Below are positions 38,501-52,100 of a stretch of DNA of 64,000 nt, piece after piece (the stretch's first letter is position 1; each line of letters starts with the position of its first letter). The notes under the pieces were generated by a model. That model had not been told where the DNA came from and made no database searches. It saw only the letters and a program-made list of their open reading frames with translations. The stretch is from Pocillopora damicornis (taxonomy: Eukaryota). Both the position numbers and the translations under genes were made by a program. Location: positions 310,001 through 374,000 of the forward strand of contig NW_020845694.1 in the NCBI RefSeq assembly GCF_003704095.1, given 5' to 3'.

Positions 38501-41500
38501 GAAGGACAAAGTACGAAAGGGCGAAATTTGCTCTAACGAAAGGCTAACGCTCGAAACGTCAGCTTTGAAACTCTACGGAGGCCGACTTACGTTATCAACT
38601 CGTTAATAATACTAACTTACTATGTTACCTTCTCCATTAAAACGCACACATATAACATTTTGCTATCACTGATTCTTGTGGTATATTTAATTTAAAGGAT
38701 TGTGCCAATAGAAAAAAATTAATTCTACGTACATGGTACATAAGGAAGGAAGAGAGTGCCAAAATCTCACCTTTACATTGCTTGGATCATACGTTAATGC
38801 ATTGCCAAGATGCTCAAAAGCTTTTGACGTCTGACCAAGCTGCAAGATGAAGTGTGATAGAAGAGAAATGTGGATGCGCTTTACGCAACAAGGAAAAAGA
38901 AGGATAATTGATTTAACCTTCAAAAAAGGTCCACTGATTTTACACAAGAAATTTTTGCTGAACCCTTAAGCTCTCAGTGGTGATTAACTTGTAACTTCTT
39001 CCTATAGCATATATTATCCAGCGAACAAGTAATAAGAATACTCATACTTGTAGGGTCAAAGTTTTCATCTTGATCTAACGTCAAAATCTTGTAACTAATT
39101 TACAAGGAAATTTGTAGCAGCTAGAGGAGAGAATTAACAATCAGATCTTGGGAGTTAAGGGGTCATTTTACCTCTAGGTAGAGCAGTCCAAGTGTTGTCA
39201 TGAGATCTGGATTTTCAGGTGAGAATCTGAGAAAAAGAATAAACAAGAGAATTTACTACAGTGCAGCCAAGCACATCAAGGAAACAAACTATTTCAACTG
39301 CTGACACCCCAACATCAGTTTACACATTCTCCCTACTGTGCTCTATGAACTCCTGAGGTGCTGGCAAGGAGAATTTGTTTAGCAATCAAGAGCTTCTTAA
39401 ATTGGTGATCACTTCCTTTATTCTCATGACCCTTAGATTTAATTTGAGGGTGATCCTGTAAGGAGAAAGTAGGGTTAGCCTGAGACAGTCTTAGGAGAGT
39501 ATAGGGTTAAATGATTCATCACAAATATGTTAAAAATAAAAATAAAAACACTGGGAGCAAACCAGAGGTCTATTGACAAGACTGTGGATGTTACTGAACA
39601 ATTTCAATACAACATCAATGCAGTGTCAAGCATACAAGCGATGACAGTAAAAGGAAATATAAACTAGGGAATTATCACTTGATCAATGCCAAATTCTAAG
39701 AGATAGCAAATCATAGGAATGTTTGGTAGTCAGTACTATTACTAATGAGATCTTGTGAGAAAAGAGCTACTCTTTGTTAAGAAGTACTCACTCTATTGCT
39801 TTCTTGAAAATATCAATGGCAGATTCTGTTTCTCCCTCTAAGAGTAAAACTTTTCCTAGCTGTATGAAAGATGCATCATGACGGTGATACTGCAAGGCAT
39901 GCGTCAGACAATCTTTTGCCTAGGATTACATTCACAATATCCATGATATACATTGTGATAAGCTGTTAACTACATGATGCATGGGAACTGAATTAAAAAA
40001 AAAAAAGAATTAGTTTTTTTGGCTTTTTCTATGAGTAGATATGATTTCAGTCGTAATCAAATTCTAATTGTAAATATTTTGCCAATAAAATACTATTTTA
40101 TTTGAACTAACCTTTTCAAAATCTTTCATGTAGACATAGCAAACACCTGAAAGTGGGAAAGTGTTTCCCTGAACATTCAGCTCATTCTAATTACATGAAA
40201 TTGATTGGTGAAATGCATGCACTGGTAACTGAATGTTGTACAGGCACACTCTGTTTGAATTTAGATAATGCAATAGTTATTGGAATGCTTGTTACATAAA
40301 ATGTATAATTTAAATTCTCATAACATAGTTAAAAGTTTCAGTTGTGCAGAAACAACCATGCTAATCAATTATTGTAATTACTAACCAGTTATTTGCCAAA
40401 ATGTATGTCAATAATAAGGCAGTCAAGAAGTACTGGTAAGTTTTCAGTTTGTTTTGAACACTTGTAAGGCTGAGTGCCATCATAGTTTCTCTGTATTATA
40501 ATGTAAATACTGTTCTTCTCCTGTGTTGGTATCTTTGGTCATTTAGTTGACAGAACAGAAAGTATAGTGGCTCTAATGAAAAAAATACCTGTACAGGAGT
40601 TTACTAGTGGACTTGCCGGACTCAAAGCTCAATCTTAAAGCACTCACCTTGGTTATGATAAATTTCCTGTATGTAAGAGAAATGTTAAAAATTACTTTAA
40701 GTTTTCTCTTGCCAAGATTTTTTATCTCTCTATAAAAATTGGGTAACAAGAAAAAGTTTCTCAGCCTACCCAGTCCTTGGTGCTAAGTTTTGCAGCTTCA
40801 TTGAACACTTCAAGAGCAGCCTTGTGGCGAGCAAGAAGAAAACTGAAAAAAAATTGAAATTACCAAAACATCTTTGTTTCAACAAATTTAAGGGCCAGTG
40901 GTTTATCTACAAATTAGGCTTCAGTCCCCTCATGTCCGTTGACACATATTGAAATTTTCACACAAAAAGAACAGTAATGTTACACAGTTTGTTGTGTTAA
41001 GATCGTTTCTTAGCTGCATCTCGTGTACCCCTTCTATCCAAACCGTCAGGTATGTTTTGCATCGTCTTTTGCTGTTTGGTGTTTTACTTTGTGATTTTAA
41101 TTATTGTTGTTGGTAGTTGGCTGTAGTGTAATTTAATTTAATCATGTTTCAGAAACCACTGGTTATGAATAAATTGTATTGTTCATGTAACTGTTTTGAA
41201 ATTTGCCAGTGTGTTTGCTACAGTGGTGACATCTGTAAAAGTAGCTATGCTAAGCAGATCTTTCTACAAAGGTAACACATGCAGTAATGAAGCTGATCTG
41301 CTCTTCAGCCAAGTAAAAAATAAACTCTCACAGAGATCTTGCAACTTGTTTGAGGTTGTCAGCACTCTGTGGATTGATTTGAACAGTCCTCTGGAAGAGA
41401 TCCAATGATTCCTGGATTTGACCCTCTTGACGAAGAATTAATGCTGAAAAAGAGGCAAAAAATTCGTCCACGGCATAAGATTCTCCCATTATGTCTTTCC

Positions 41501-44500
41501 TCTTTATAAAATATCAAGTTCAGTAAATGAGATTCTGACAGTCAGCAACATTTTTTACACTGTATCATATTCATAACCTTGAATCAGCCAAGGGAAAAAA
41601 GGGAATCCTGTTTAACTTTACATCATTTGTCCCATAAATTTCCATTTTAACTTAGCGCACAACCTTAACATTAAATTTAAATTTGACCTAGAAACACTGG
41701 ACAAAAAGAGGCACCTTGTAGAATGTCCAATGCTAAGTTCCCATGATTTTTATCACTTAATCCTATTTTATGGCGATCAGACTACATGTTACCTAGTCAA
41801 TGTTGAAATTTTAGCTACCTTTAGCCTACCACATGGATATCAGATGCCTAAAGAAAGATGTTAAATTAAAATTTTATCTCAATGTAGTGTTTAATATCTT
41901 GGTTAGGCTAAAGTTAACTCAAATTCAGCATGCAAATGATCATATAGCTGACTCACAATCACAACATAAAATAGCTGAAAGCTCTAAAAAACTGACTGAA
42001 ACAGGAAAAAAGCAGATTAAGTGTGATAAGAAATACAAGAAAATGCTTAAACCAGCAGCTAGTTTCTCCTTGCAGTAATGCTGCTGAATCATTCATTGAG
42101 ATCACGAGAATAACAGAGATGATCTCCATCCCATGAATGTCTGATTTTAAAACAAATTCTCCTTGCCAGTACAAAAGGAAATTTATAGAGAAGAGTATGG
42201 AGAGTATGGATACTTATGTTAGGGTGTTAAAGGTTAAAGAATCACACTGATTATGCAATTAACTCTAAAACTTCTCTCTGTGTACTAGTGATACAAAACA
42301 CCATTTGACAGTTACAAGTACAATCTTGCTAAAAGCAAATCAAGTGAAAAATAGACTCCCAAATATATGGCTTGTTGGCAGGAGTTAACTCAGATAATTT
42401 AATCTGTGTCAAAAAAACATGAGTATTACCTTTCACATACAAAGCATATTCACACATTTCTTGAGTTTCAGCAAGCTGTTCTTTTATCAGAGCCTACAAC
42501 AAAACACAATGAGACTTGAAACAAAAAATGAATTTTCTTTCAGTTCAAGTTAATCAAAATGTACAACTCATGAAAGAATGTTTCCCACCTTGCAGGCTTC
42601 AAATTCCTTTCTGATGTAATGTAGATGAATGAGCCAATTTCTTCTTTCGTAGACAGGCAACTCTGGAGCTGAGCAAGGTAGATGAAACAATGAATTAGTG
42701 ACTATTATATTTTAACATATCAGGAGAGAAACAATGAAAAAGTCTGCTGTCATGGTTAATAATGGTAATTGAACTGAGTGGAGAGTAATTTTGTCTGAAA
42801 TCATACATGTGATTTCAAAATCACAAGCATGATTTCAGATTAAAAAATTGTGCAACTAACTCAAAGCTCAATCAGTACTTTATTACATCCATTTTGAAAT
42901 TGCAAAATTCTGTCTCTTAACCCTTTAATCCCTGAGGGTGACTAGCATCTAATTTCTCCCTGGAAAATCATCCCTTAATGAAACATTTGGGTCATGAGAA
43001 TAAAAGAAATGATCACCAACTAAAGAAGCTCTTTATTATTAACCAATTTGTCCTTGTCAGCACCTTTGGAAGGGAGGCGCAGTGGCCTCATGGTTAGTGC
43101 GCTCAGCTCCGGATCAGGTGGCCCGGATTTGAGCCCTGGCTGGGGTTATTGTGTTGTGTTCTTAGGCAAGACACTTTATTCTCACAGTGCTTCTCTTCAC
43201 CCAGGTGTACAAATGGGTACCAGCAAATGTGCTGGGGGTAACCCTATGATGGACTAGTATCCCATCCAGGGGGGAGTAGCAATACTCCTAGCCGCTTCAT
43301 GTTAAGAAAACTGGAGTTAAGCACCGGCCCCATGGGCCACTTGGGCCCATATAAAGGCTCTACTACTACTTTACAGCACCTTTGGAAATGTATAGAGAAG
43401 GTGCATATTGATGTTAGGGTGTTAAGGTTTAATACAAGTCTGTACTTGTATTTTATTGATCCATTATACTGAGGTGGTTTGTAAAAAGTTGCAAAGTTGT
43501 CTCTCATTTTCCTGCAATTTGATTGATTTCTTTAAAAAAAGCCTTAAAATTTGATTGGTTGTTGTTTTTTAGTAAAGCTGTCTCATTGACTGGCAAAAAG
43601 ATGCCATTTAGAGCATAAAATGGTGCAATTTGTGAATAAAACACATGAGTGAGAGCCAATCAGATGGCAAGGATCTCAAGTGATCTCAAAATGGATATAA
43701 TAAGCCATGTATACCATGATAAAGACTTGATATCAATATAAGCGTGGCAGAAAAATTTCAAGCAAGTTTACATGGAGATGGGGAAGCCAAAGTAGGTGAG
43801 GTAATCATTTCATCTTGATCACTTTTATATGATAAGTAACACCACCACATACCATGTGAACAGTACCTTATCAAGGGACTTCAACTTGTAACTCACTAAA
43901 TAACCCTTTGACCTCTTAGTGGGAATAGTATCTAATTTCTCCTTATAATGTCACTCCTGAATCAGACATTCAGGTTATGAGAATAAAGGAAATGATCACC
44001 AACCAAAGAAGCTCTGGATTGTTATACAAATTCTCCTTGCTGGCAACTTAGAAAATGTATAGAACATATGCATAGACAGTATGGAGAATATGCATATTGA
44101 TGTTAGGGTCTAAATGGCTAATGATTTGTTGTTAATTGGACATCACCCATCAAAATTATCCAAAGTAACCACCAAATGCTGATGTGGATTACACAGAACT
44201 TCAAGGTACTTCTTGAAATTCAAAACGTTAACATGGGATGAATGACCTGATGAATCTTGTGTACTCCCAAGTATTAAGATTAAACTTATGACTGTAAATA
44301 TGAGAATTTTGCCATTTAGTGGTCATCTGATGCATGACAACCGTTGAAATCAGATCAACCTGATAAAACCAAATGGTTTCTGTGTAAGACAACGAACTTA
44401 TGTTAAAGAAGAATGCAAATGAATCTTCTTGAAAGTGGAGATAAGAAAAAACATTAAAATTACAAAAGCTTATTCTAAACATACGTAGCTCAGTTCAAAC

Positions 44501-44710
44501 AAACTTGTAAGTACGGTATCTACCTTTGCCACGTCGTTTAGGCGGCTGGGATTTTGGTTGAGGGACAGGAGCTGGTGTAGAAGCGGGAATACTCTCTGGT
44601 GTCGCAGACACACTAGGTGTCCTACCCACGGAACTCTCAGAGCTAACTGTCCCTGCAACTGAAGCAGTCTCCGACATTGAAACCTGACTACCGCTTTGGG
44701 GAGACTCCAT
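35582..44710 (-). CDS. BBS4: Bardet-Biedl syndrome 4 protein (BBSome TPR subunit), 509 aa, 16 exons
   Basis: Exons 44710-44524, 42668-42589, 42493-42430, 41443-41332, 40842-40770, 40666-40648, 40146-40112, 39919-39792, 39226-39172, 38839-38771, 38259-38107, 37330-37239, 36799-36720, 36617-36548, 36163-36022, 35752-35582 sum to 1530 nt in frame. Recognisable BBS4 motifs: [62 protein letters not shown]. Confidence 0.96.
36800..37238 (-). other. U12-type (minor spliceosome) GT-AG intron in BBS4
   Basis: 5' splice site GTATCCTTTA; branch point TTCCTTAAT shortly before the CAG acceptor; no long polypyrimidine tract; phase 2. Confidence 0.88.
38355..38620 (+). mobile_element. Penelope-like element terminal fragment with a decayed hammerhead-type motif
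   Basis: CTAACGAAAGGCTAACGCTCGAAACGTC resembles the CTGANGA...GAAAC-GTC minimal hammerhead of PLE termini. An inverted partner (TTTCAAAGATGACTTTCGAGCATTAGCCTTTC) lies upstream. Confidence 0.55.
42917..43432 (+). mobile_element. ~200-bp TTAACCC-terminated MITE-like element interrupted by the SINE
   Basis: Removing the SINE and one TSD restores the same element seen at ~43902-44121 and ~52400-52605. Confidence 0.75.
43072..43373 (+). mobile_element. tRNA-derived SINE, full length, with 14-bp target-site duplication
   Basis: A-box-like TGGCCTCATGG and B-box-like GATTTGAGCCC in the head; (ACT)n tail; TSD CAGCACCTTTGGAA at 43058-43071 and 43374-43387. Confidence 0.85.
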
Positions 44711-44885
44711 CGTATTACTCTTCTCCAATCTTCTTTCGTTTAAATTTCGACCCAAATATTGTTTTTCGCGAAGAAAATTTCGGGATGAAATCTTTTCTTC
44801 TATAAATCAAGATAAAGAAACGACGTGATTTTTATCTCAGAACAAACGAAAACCGACAAATTTCAAGCGATGTTTAGAACGTTCA

Positions 44886-44899
44886 CCCGCCATGACAAC
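44886..44899. promoter_or_regulatory. Candidate RFX X-box in the BBS4 promoter
   Basis: CCCGCCATGACAAC versus consensus GTTGCCATGGCAAC (one good half-site), ~180 bp upstream of the BBS4 ATG. BBS genes are known RFX targets in animals. Confidence 0.4.
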
Positions 44900-46182
44900 G
44901 CAGGTGCTTGATGGACATGTGATGTTGATTACACAACCCAAAACTAGGCTAAAAGTTCAGCTGACTATAATGATTACAGGCGTAAATGCGCATTCGCAAA
45001 ATCTCCCTCTCATCCTGTCGAAATGAATAAATAAGTGACGAAAAGTGTAACTTTACATAAATACGTACATTACTACAATCAACAGGCCAACAATTAAGCC
45101 AACAGCTGGAGTTCATGATAATTTCATGAAGTTTTTCTTGGGTGTTAGATTACAAGCACTTTTTTTTTCTTTATTTTCCTTGTGATCTTTGAATCTCTTG
45201 GTGAAGAAAAGATTATATGGCTTTCTATACGAGGAAACGCTTTTTTAAGTAAAGGGATAAATGAAAGTTTAGAAGTATTGTGGGAAAACAAGAGGTGCAA
45301 ATGCAAATAAAATTATATCAAAGAAGCTCATTATTTATTCATATTACTCAAAACCATTTTGGTCTATCAAAAGCCAATGACTAAATACCTGAAAGGTGTT
45401 CTAAGTGAAAATACCTGAATTATCAACAACAAAGCCGAGTTTGTCTAGCCCCTACCCTGCAATCAATGTCGACATATCACCGCGTTCTGCGTTGTCGTGG
45501 TTGGAATACGCCTTAGTAAGGTAAGATTTCTGTTTTCATCAATTATAAGGCTAGCTAGTCCGTCAAAACAAACTTTTGACATTTCTTCCCGAAATAATAG
45601 GAGCTGGCTGCAACTGATTACTAGGATAAATTTTGGTTACAGGAGGGAGCCGGCCTCTGAATTTTTTTCAGCAACTAACAATCTTGTTTTCGCTTCAAAA
45701 ACAAAGACAAAATAAACAAATAACATATTATTTCCTTGGCCAATTAATACGCGGGACAGTATCCGAATAAGTTAAACCAAAGTGAGATCACTGACAAAAC
45801 CCTACAGTAAACCAAGTGTACAGTTCCCGTGTTTCGGCATAATGTCTCTGTTTAACCGAATTAATTTTCTCAACGAACTGAATCAATGAAGTTCACAAGC
45901 CTACTAAAAGTTTGTCATGTTTCACGTCTAAATTAAATAGTGTTCACTAATATTACTACATCAACGCTTTCGAGAAAGAATGGTTACATTTTTCAGCGAG
46001 TCAAAACAAGAAGAAAGTTTTATTCCATAATGAACAGCTGCTTTTATTTATTCATGAACATTTTATATATTTTCTTGTTCTTTCGACTTTAACGTTGGCT
46101 CTCTTCTGTTTCTCAGGTAAATACCTGAGCTCTCTTGTTGCACTCAGTTTGTAACACGGCGTCTCCAATCAGAAGGAGATCA

Positions 46183-49100
46183 ATGGCTCCAGATAAACAT
46201 TCCAAAGTTTTCGTCACCAGCCATTTATTTAGCAAAATCTTAACTTCGGAAACCAGAAGAGAACTTAAGCAGTTGATAAGCCTATCATGGCTGCCAATTC
46301 TCACAAATGTCTTGCATAATACCTTATTTACCATCAGCCTTCTCTTTGCGGGGAGATTAGGCGAACAAGAACTAGCAGCGACAGTTTTATCCACTTCGTT
46401 TATTGGAGTTACTGGAACATTTCTCGGCTCTGGCTTGATCACTGCTTTAGAAGTTTTATGCACGAAGGCTTTTCGGAACAGAAGCTATCGACTTGTGGGG
46501 ATAACGTTTCAGAGAGGAGTTTGGCTTCTAGGGATTTCTGTGCTGTTTGTTTGGGCCATTTGGACTAATGCAGAACTGCTGCTGCTGATAATCAAACAGA
46601 AAAGAGAAATAGTCAGGTTCTTAAGCTGATTCTCATCTTTTTGTCTGTTAAGTGTTGTAAATTCAAACACTTGCGTGCTTGTACGCATACATGCACAGCT
46701 AGCCAGTCGCAGTTTGAGGGCTTTTCGGCCAATATGAATATAGGAAAATATCTTCAGGAGCCAATGAGAACCCAAAGTGAAAACAACCAAACTGCCTAAA
46801 GCGCGGGAAAATGTTGTTTTAGTTTTACATCTGATTGGCTGAGAAAGTGGCGCGAATATCCTGAACCAATCACGGAGCGAAGTGAAAAAAAAGGCAACTC
46901 CGGATTGCTTTCGACACTCATTTCAAAATTGCTCTATAAGCAATTACAGATTAATTATTGGCAAGTTAACCCGTATTTTCAGCGATACATCGCGGCCGTT
47001 ATTCTGCTGATAAATTGGGAACAGACAAGCCAAATTAAACGATACTGAACTATCTATCCTTCTGTTGCAGACTCTCGCAACTGTTTATTTTCGTTTGGTT
47101 TCCAGCTCTGGTAGTGAGTATCACTTTTCTAATTATCCACAATCTTCTTCAACGCTGCCTTTATTGTTGGCAATGATCATTATTGGAAGGTAGTTGTAGT
47201 ATGTTGCTATCCCTGAGTTTTGATTGGCCCTCAGGCCATGGTTTATGAGTTCACATACTATGGACTACTAAAAAGTGTGTCTCTTTTTGGAATAGATTTT
47301 GAGACAATGCTATTCGCACTCGTTAAATAAAACTGCTCAGAGCGCCTTGATTGTTTTTTAACAAGTCAAAACCAACGCGCGCTCATAGATTAATTAGTAA
47401 TGAAGATAATTATTTTAATTTTTTAACGGCACCAAATCCTGAAGCTCTTGGCTGCTTCATAATGACATTAAAAGATCTCTTCTCAAGGAGAAAAAAGGAG
47501 AATAGAGAGGAAGAAAATGGGATAAAAACGAACACCGCGAATTCATTTGTAAAAAGTGATGAGATATATTACTTGAATGTAGGATTTTAGAAAAATAATT
47601 TGTTTACTCATTTTCAGGCAGATTTTGCGTTTGTTTTAATTCAAAGATATCTCCAAATACAGGTGAGCTAAAATGATTAGAACCAAAACTTTTTAAAACA
47701 AAATTTTCCATTAGAGAGCGCCACCTTCCTGTAATACCAGCGTTTTTTCCTTTTGTTAATTTTTTCAGGGTGTTTTCAAGCCTGTCATTTACACCGTTGC
47801 TACCGCAAACATTATGCATGTTGGGATCAATGCTGTATTAATTCATGGATTACAGATTGGTTTCCTGTAAGCCTTAATTTATATGAATAATGGTCTAAAT
47901 CACCCTTCTCATAGTGTAAATTGCTGTGCTCTCAATTCAGTGATGGTCATATTCTTTATGCAGCAGTTCCTAAATAGCTGGTGTTACATTCCCTTCCAGG
48001 GGCGTGGCCCTAGCGTCATGCCTTACACACTGTCTGTTCCTCGGCCTCTCCTCGTTTCTCTACTTCTTTTTCTCTAAGCTTTACCACAGAACCTGGCCTT
48101 CAGAAGGTAAGAAAGCGACTGTCTTAGTAGTATATCATTTGTTATGAAATTGTCCGAGTCCTTAACACTATTTTCAAAGAACAACTTGTTATCAAAGTCA
48201 TTACAAGAGGAAGAGGAGGACCTGCAGAATAAGAACATGCCCTTCGACATGTAAGACCAAATATTATGTATCTGTGGGTGAAAAGTGTTTTTTTTTTCTT
48301 TTTTCATTCTGTTTGAATTTCAACGTGCTTTATAACCTCCAACTATTGATTACAAGGCTGGACGATAGAAAGCCTGCAACATTGGAATCAGTTCACCATG
48401 TTGGCTGCACCAGGCACGCTTATGCTATGTGTTGAATGGTGGAGCTTTGTTGTGGGAATTTTTCTAATGGGTGAGTATGTATCCTCATTGGACGAAAGGA
48501 GGAAAAACAGAGATTATTCCATGGAAAGAGCGCACGAAAGATTTTTCATTTACAAGTTGCAAACCATAAAAAAACAAACGAACGAGTGAGCGCAGTGAAC
48601 GAGGGAGTCAGTATGTATTTTATATCAGTCAGTATTTATTTGAGTTCATATATAGATAATGAGTATTTCATTCAGTACTGAGCACTCCGTACATACTAAG
48701 TATCTTACTGATGCTCAGTCAGTACGTATTTTATTTCATACATGCTGTGATTTCTTCACATCTCAATTCAAAGTTTGGAAGCAAACGACTGTGAAAATAC
48801 ATCGTTCGTCTAATCACAGACACGAACGATAGTCCTTCACACTGTGAATCTCAGTATGTATGAAATAATCATTATTCTTCGAGATCAAAAATTTTTTAAT
48901 CTGATTGGTTCTCAATATCTCATGGGTGAGGCTTTAACGAGAAATTAAATGTCATTCGGTTTTAAGGGCTAACAGATTAAATTGTTTCATGCAGCATAGT
49001 ACTCAAAACAGCATGAAGCGGTCAAATTATACAGTTCAAAAGGTCACGAGATTCTAGTAACAATGCAACACTACTCGATTAAGAAAATATGTATATCTCG

Positions 49101-52100
49101 AGTTTTTCTTAATTTAACCTCGAAGGCGAAAATGAACTGAATCGGAACTGGTAAGCAAAGTGTATGGTTTCATCCCTAAGAAAACAATATCCAGTTTCTA
49201 AAGTGAAGCGTATGGTTTCATCCTTAAGAAAACAATATCCAGTTTCTAAAATTTGTAATACAATAAATGTTGCCCTAAACAGAAAATCTCAGAATTTTTT
49301 CATTTCATCTATATTCCATAGGTAAGTTTCTTGCAATAGATAGACCTTATGCAGAAGTCCACTACCATTGCCCTCAGATTGTACCAATCGTTATTCGTGT
49401 CTTGCAGGAACGCTTGGACAAAAGCAACTGGCGGTCCATGGTATATTGATGCAGTTTTCAAGCTTTGTATATATGGTGAGTGAGTTATATAGCCATAATC
49501 GCGGAAAAAACGCTACCGTTTAATGATTTTATTTCAGTCTAAAAAAACAGGTATTTCAACGCCAGAAGGAAAGACAAATATCTCTTGAGAACAGCATCCT
49601 TCGATAAAGCAACCCACAATCGAAATTTCAGCCAGTGGAAAGATCGCGACTTTCCATGACAATGCGTTTCTCCATGTAATAGGTCTTTTCGAAGGTCTCT
49701 AGTGTTAATGTCAATGTCTCCTTTGGTCTTACTTGATTCTCTAACACGGGGGAAATCGTTTATTTCAGATTTCTATAGGTTTTTCTCATGCTGTTACTGT
49801 TAGAGTCACGAATGAATTGCGAAGAGGCAACCACACCAGAGCGAAAAATGTTGTAAACATTTCTTTGGTGGCAGTTTGTAAGTATCTTTAAATTTTTCTG
49901 GTAAATCAGATGGATAGGCACGTCGATTAGCATTTTTAATACGATAATTTCTTCGTCCCGTTGACGGATTCCGCTGACGTATATATTTGAATTTTAGTTG
50001 CCACCTTAGTCTGAGAGGTTACAACTATTCTATTCGCACATCCTACCATGCACTCAGATGCGTCTGGTAAGATAAATTCACTGCACAAACTTACCACCCC
50101 CCTTTCCATTATTATCTTATTGAAATTGGTGCAAAAAGAATGCAAACATGTCCATTTCTCTTGAAATAGGGTCAGGTACTTTGGTCTCTTGGTACCCATT
50201 CCTAATGAATGTGATGAGGTCTTAGCCCTTTACATCCTAAACCTATTATGCATATTCTCCATACTGTTCTCTATACATTTCCTAAGAAGCTGACAAGGAG
50301 AATTTGTTTACTAATCAAGAGCTTCATTAGTTAGTGATCATTTTCTTTCTTCTTGTGACCTTAATGCGTCAATTGAGGGTGATACTGTTAAAAGAAATTA
50401 GATGTTTGTCACTCTTAAAGTTCAAAAGCTTAAGAGATCTTGGAACGTGATAAATTTAATAGCAAAGCATTTTACTTTTTTTTTTTTTTGCTCTGTTAAT
50501 TTTCCGCATAAGTCAAATACGTAAGACGGAAATTTCCATCAGCTACAGTAACATTACCATCCTCAGGTTGGTTCCTAGGTGAATTTGTTAGAGCGAAAGT
50601 CCGGGTATTGGGGAATTTTTGCATCGTCATCTCTTTCCAGGTTGCTTTTCCATTGTACTGTCGGCGTTTCTTAACGGTCTAAACGAACATCTTGGGAAAG
50701 CCTTCACAGACGACAGGTTTGTTTGTTGATATTAAGTTACTGCATGGATTTGTCTACCATACAATTGTAGTCGAGTCGAATCGTTACTCTGTGACCGAAA
50801 ACTGGAATTATTTCTCCGTGGAAATAAAAATATATCTAAGTTGACTTCAACTGGTCAGGGAGCTAAGTTTTCTGAGAAAACCCTTTGATTATAACAAAGC
50901 ATATGCTCTTCATTTGGTTTTTAGGGCCATCGCAAGTTTTGTCAGAAAAGTCACTCCAGCGATGACGGGATTTTCATTTTTCCAAAGCCTCCAAGTAAGG
51001 GAAACGAAGCGGTATTTCTGCATACTGAGTGAATTTGGAGTCAATTTGATAAACTCTACAAATTAATTTCTCTGTAGAATTTTTTGTGCCGATCGGTCAA
51101 TTGGTCAGGCTGTTAGATAGTTTGCCGATTTGTGTCTGATCTGTCGGTCTGCTGGTCCATCAGTTTGTTTGCCGTCTGTCTGTGTCTGTTTGTCTGTCTG
51201 CTAGTCTTTTCGTCTATCTATCTACCAGTCTGTCCGTATGTCTGTCTGTCTGTCCGTCTGTCTGTCCGTCTGTCTGTCCGTCTGTCTGTCCGTCTGTCTG
51301 TCCGTCCATGTGGTCTGTCTGTTTGTCTATAAGTCATTCAGTCTACAGGTCTGCGAGTCTATGGTTGTTCCGCTCTATGGTCAGTCAGGTAATAAGTCGG
51401 GATTCGAGTGATATCAATTGCGTATGTAACGCCGCCACGAAACTAATCACCGAGTTGAGTTTGTCAGTGTGACATTTGGGATCGTATGCCTTAGAAAGAC
51501 TTTTGTTTGATTTTGTTTTTTAGGTCATATGTTGCAGCGTCATTCGAGGTGTTGGTCGAGCAAAGCTCGCTCTTTTTCTCAACTTCTTTTTCCACTTTTT
51601 TGTTTCCGTGCCTCTGGGATCATGTTTCGCCTTCTACGTCTTTGAAGAAGAAGTTGAAGGTAAGTTTGACCTGGCCTACTCAATCAAGAGTATATAATAG
51701 TTCCACAGTCTAATTTTTTCTCCAAATTTTGTCGTAATATTTTTTTATTCTTGATCCTGTAGGTTTCTGGTGGGGTCTTACGACTGGACTCAGTCTGCAG
51801 GTAAACTTACACAGTAAATTCGGCATATTACAAAGTCAGCTCAGATGAAAATAACCATGAACAGTATTCACAGCTGCGTAGAAAAGAAAGATTCACCAAA
51901 AGCTCTCATTTATATATGTGTAGAATGCTGCCAACGTGTCATCTTTAAATGTCCCATTCCACATCAATGGAATGTTCAATTTGACATAAACTAAACCACA
52001 AGAGATGTTGTCGCCATTTGACAATTTTTATCATAATAATGATTTTCTTTTCCACCAGTGTCTCTTATTCATTGCCTTAATCAGGAGGATAGATTGGGAA

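Noticed and set aside
43072-43145. tRNA gene
   Set aside because: It is the head of a SINE with body, tail and TSD; I could not form a complete cloverleaf.
32994-44710. Functional GPCR-BBS4 cluster (BBSome cargo next to a BBSome subunit)
   Set aside because: Adjacency alone is weak evidence in animal genomes, where such GPCRs are numerous.
51132-51472. ORFs with SVRL/SVCP repeats
   Set aside because: Translations of a microsatellite in a MATE intron.
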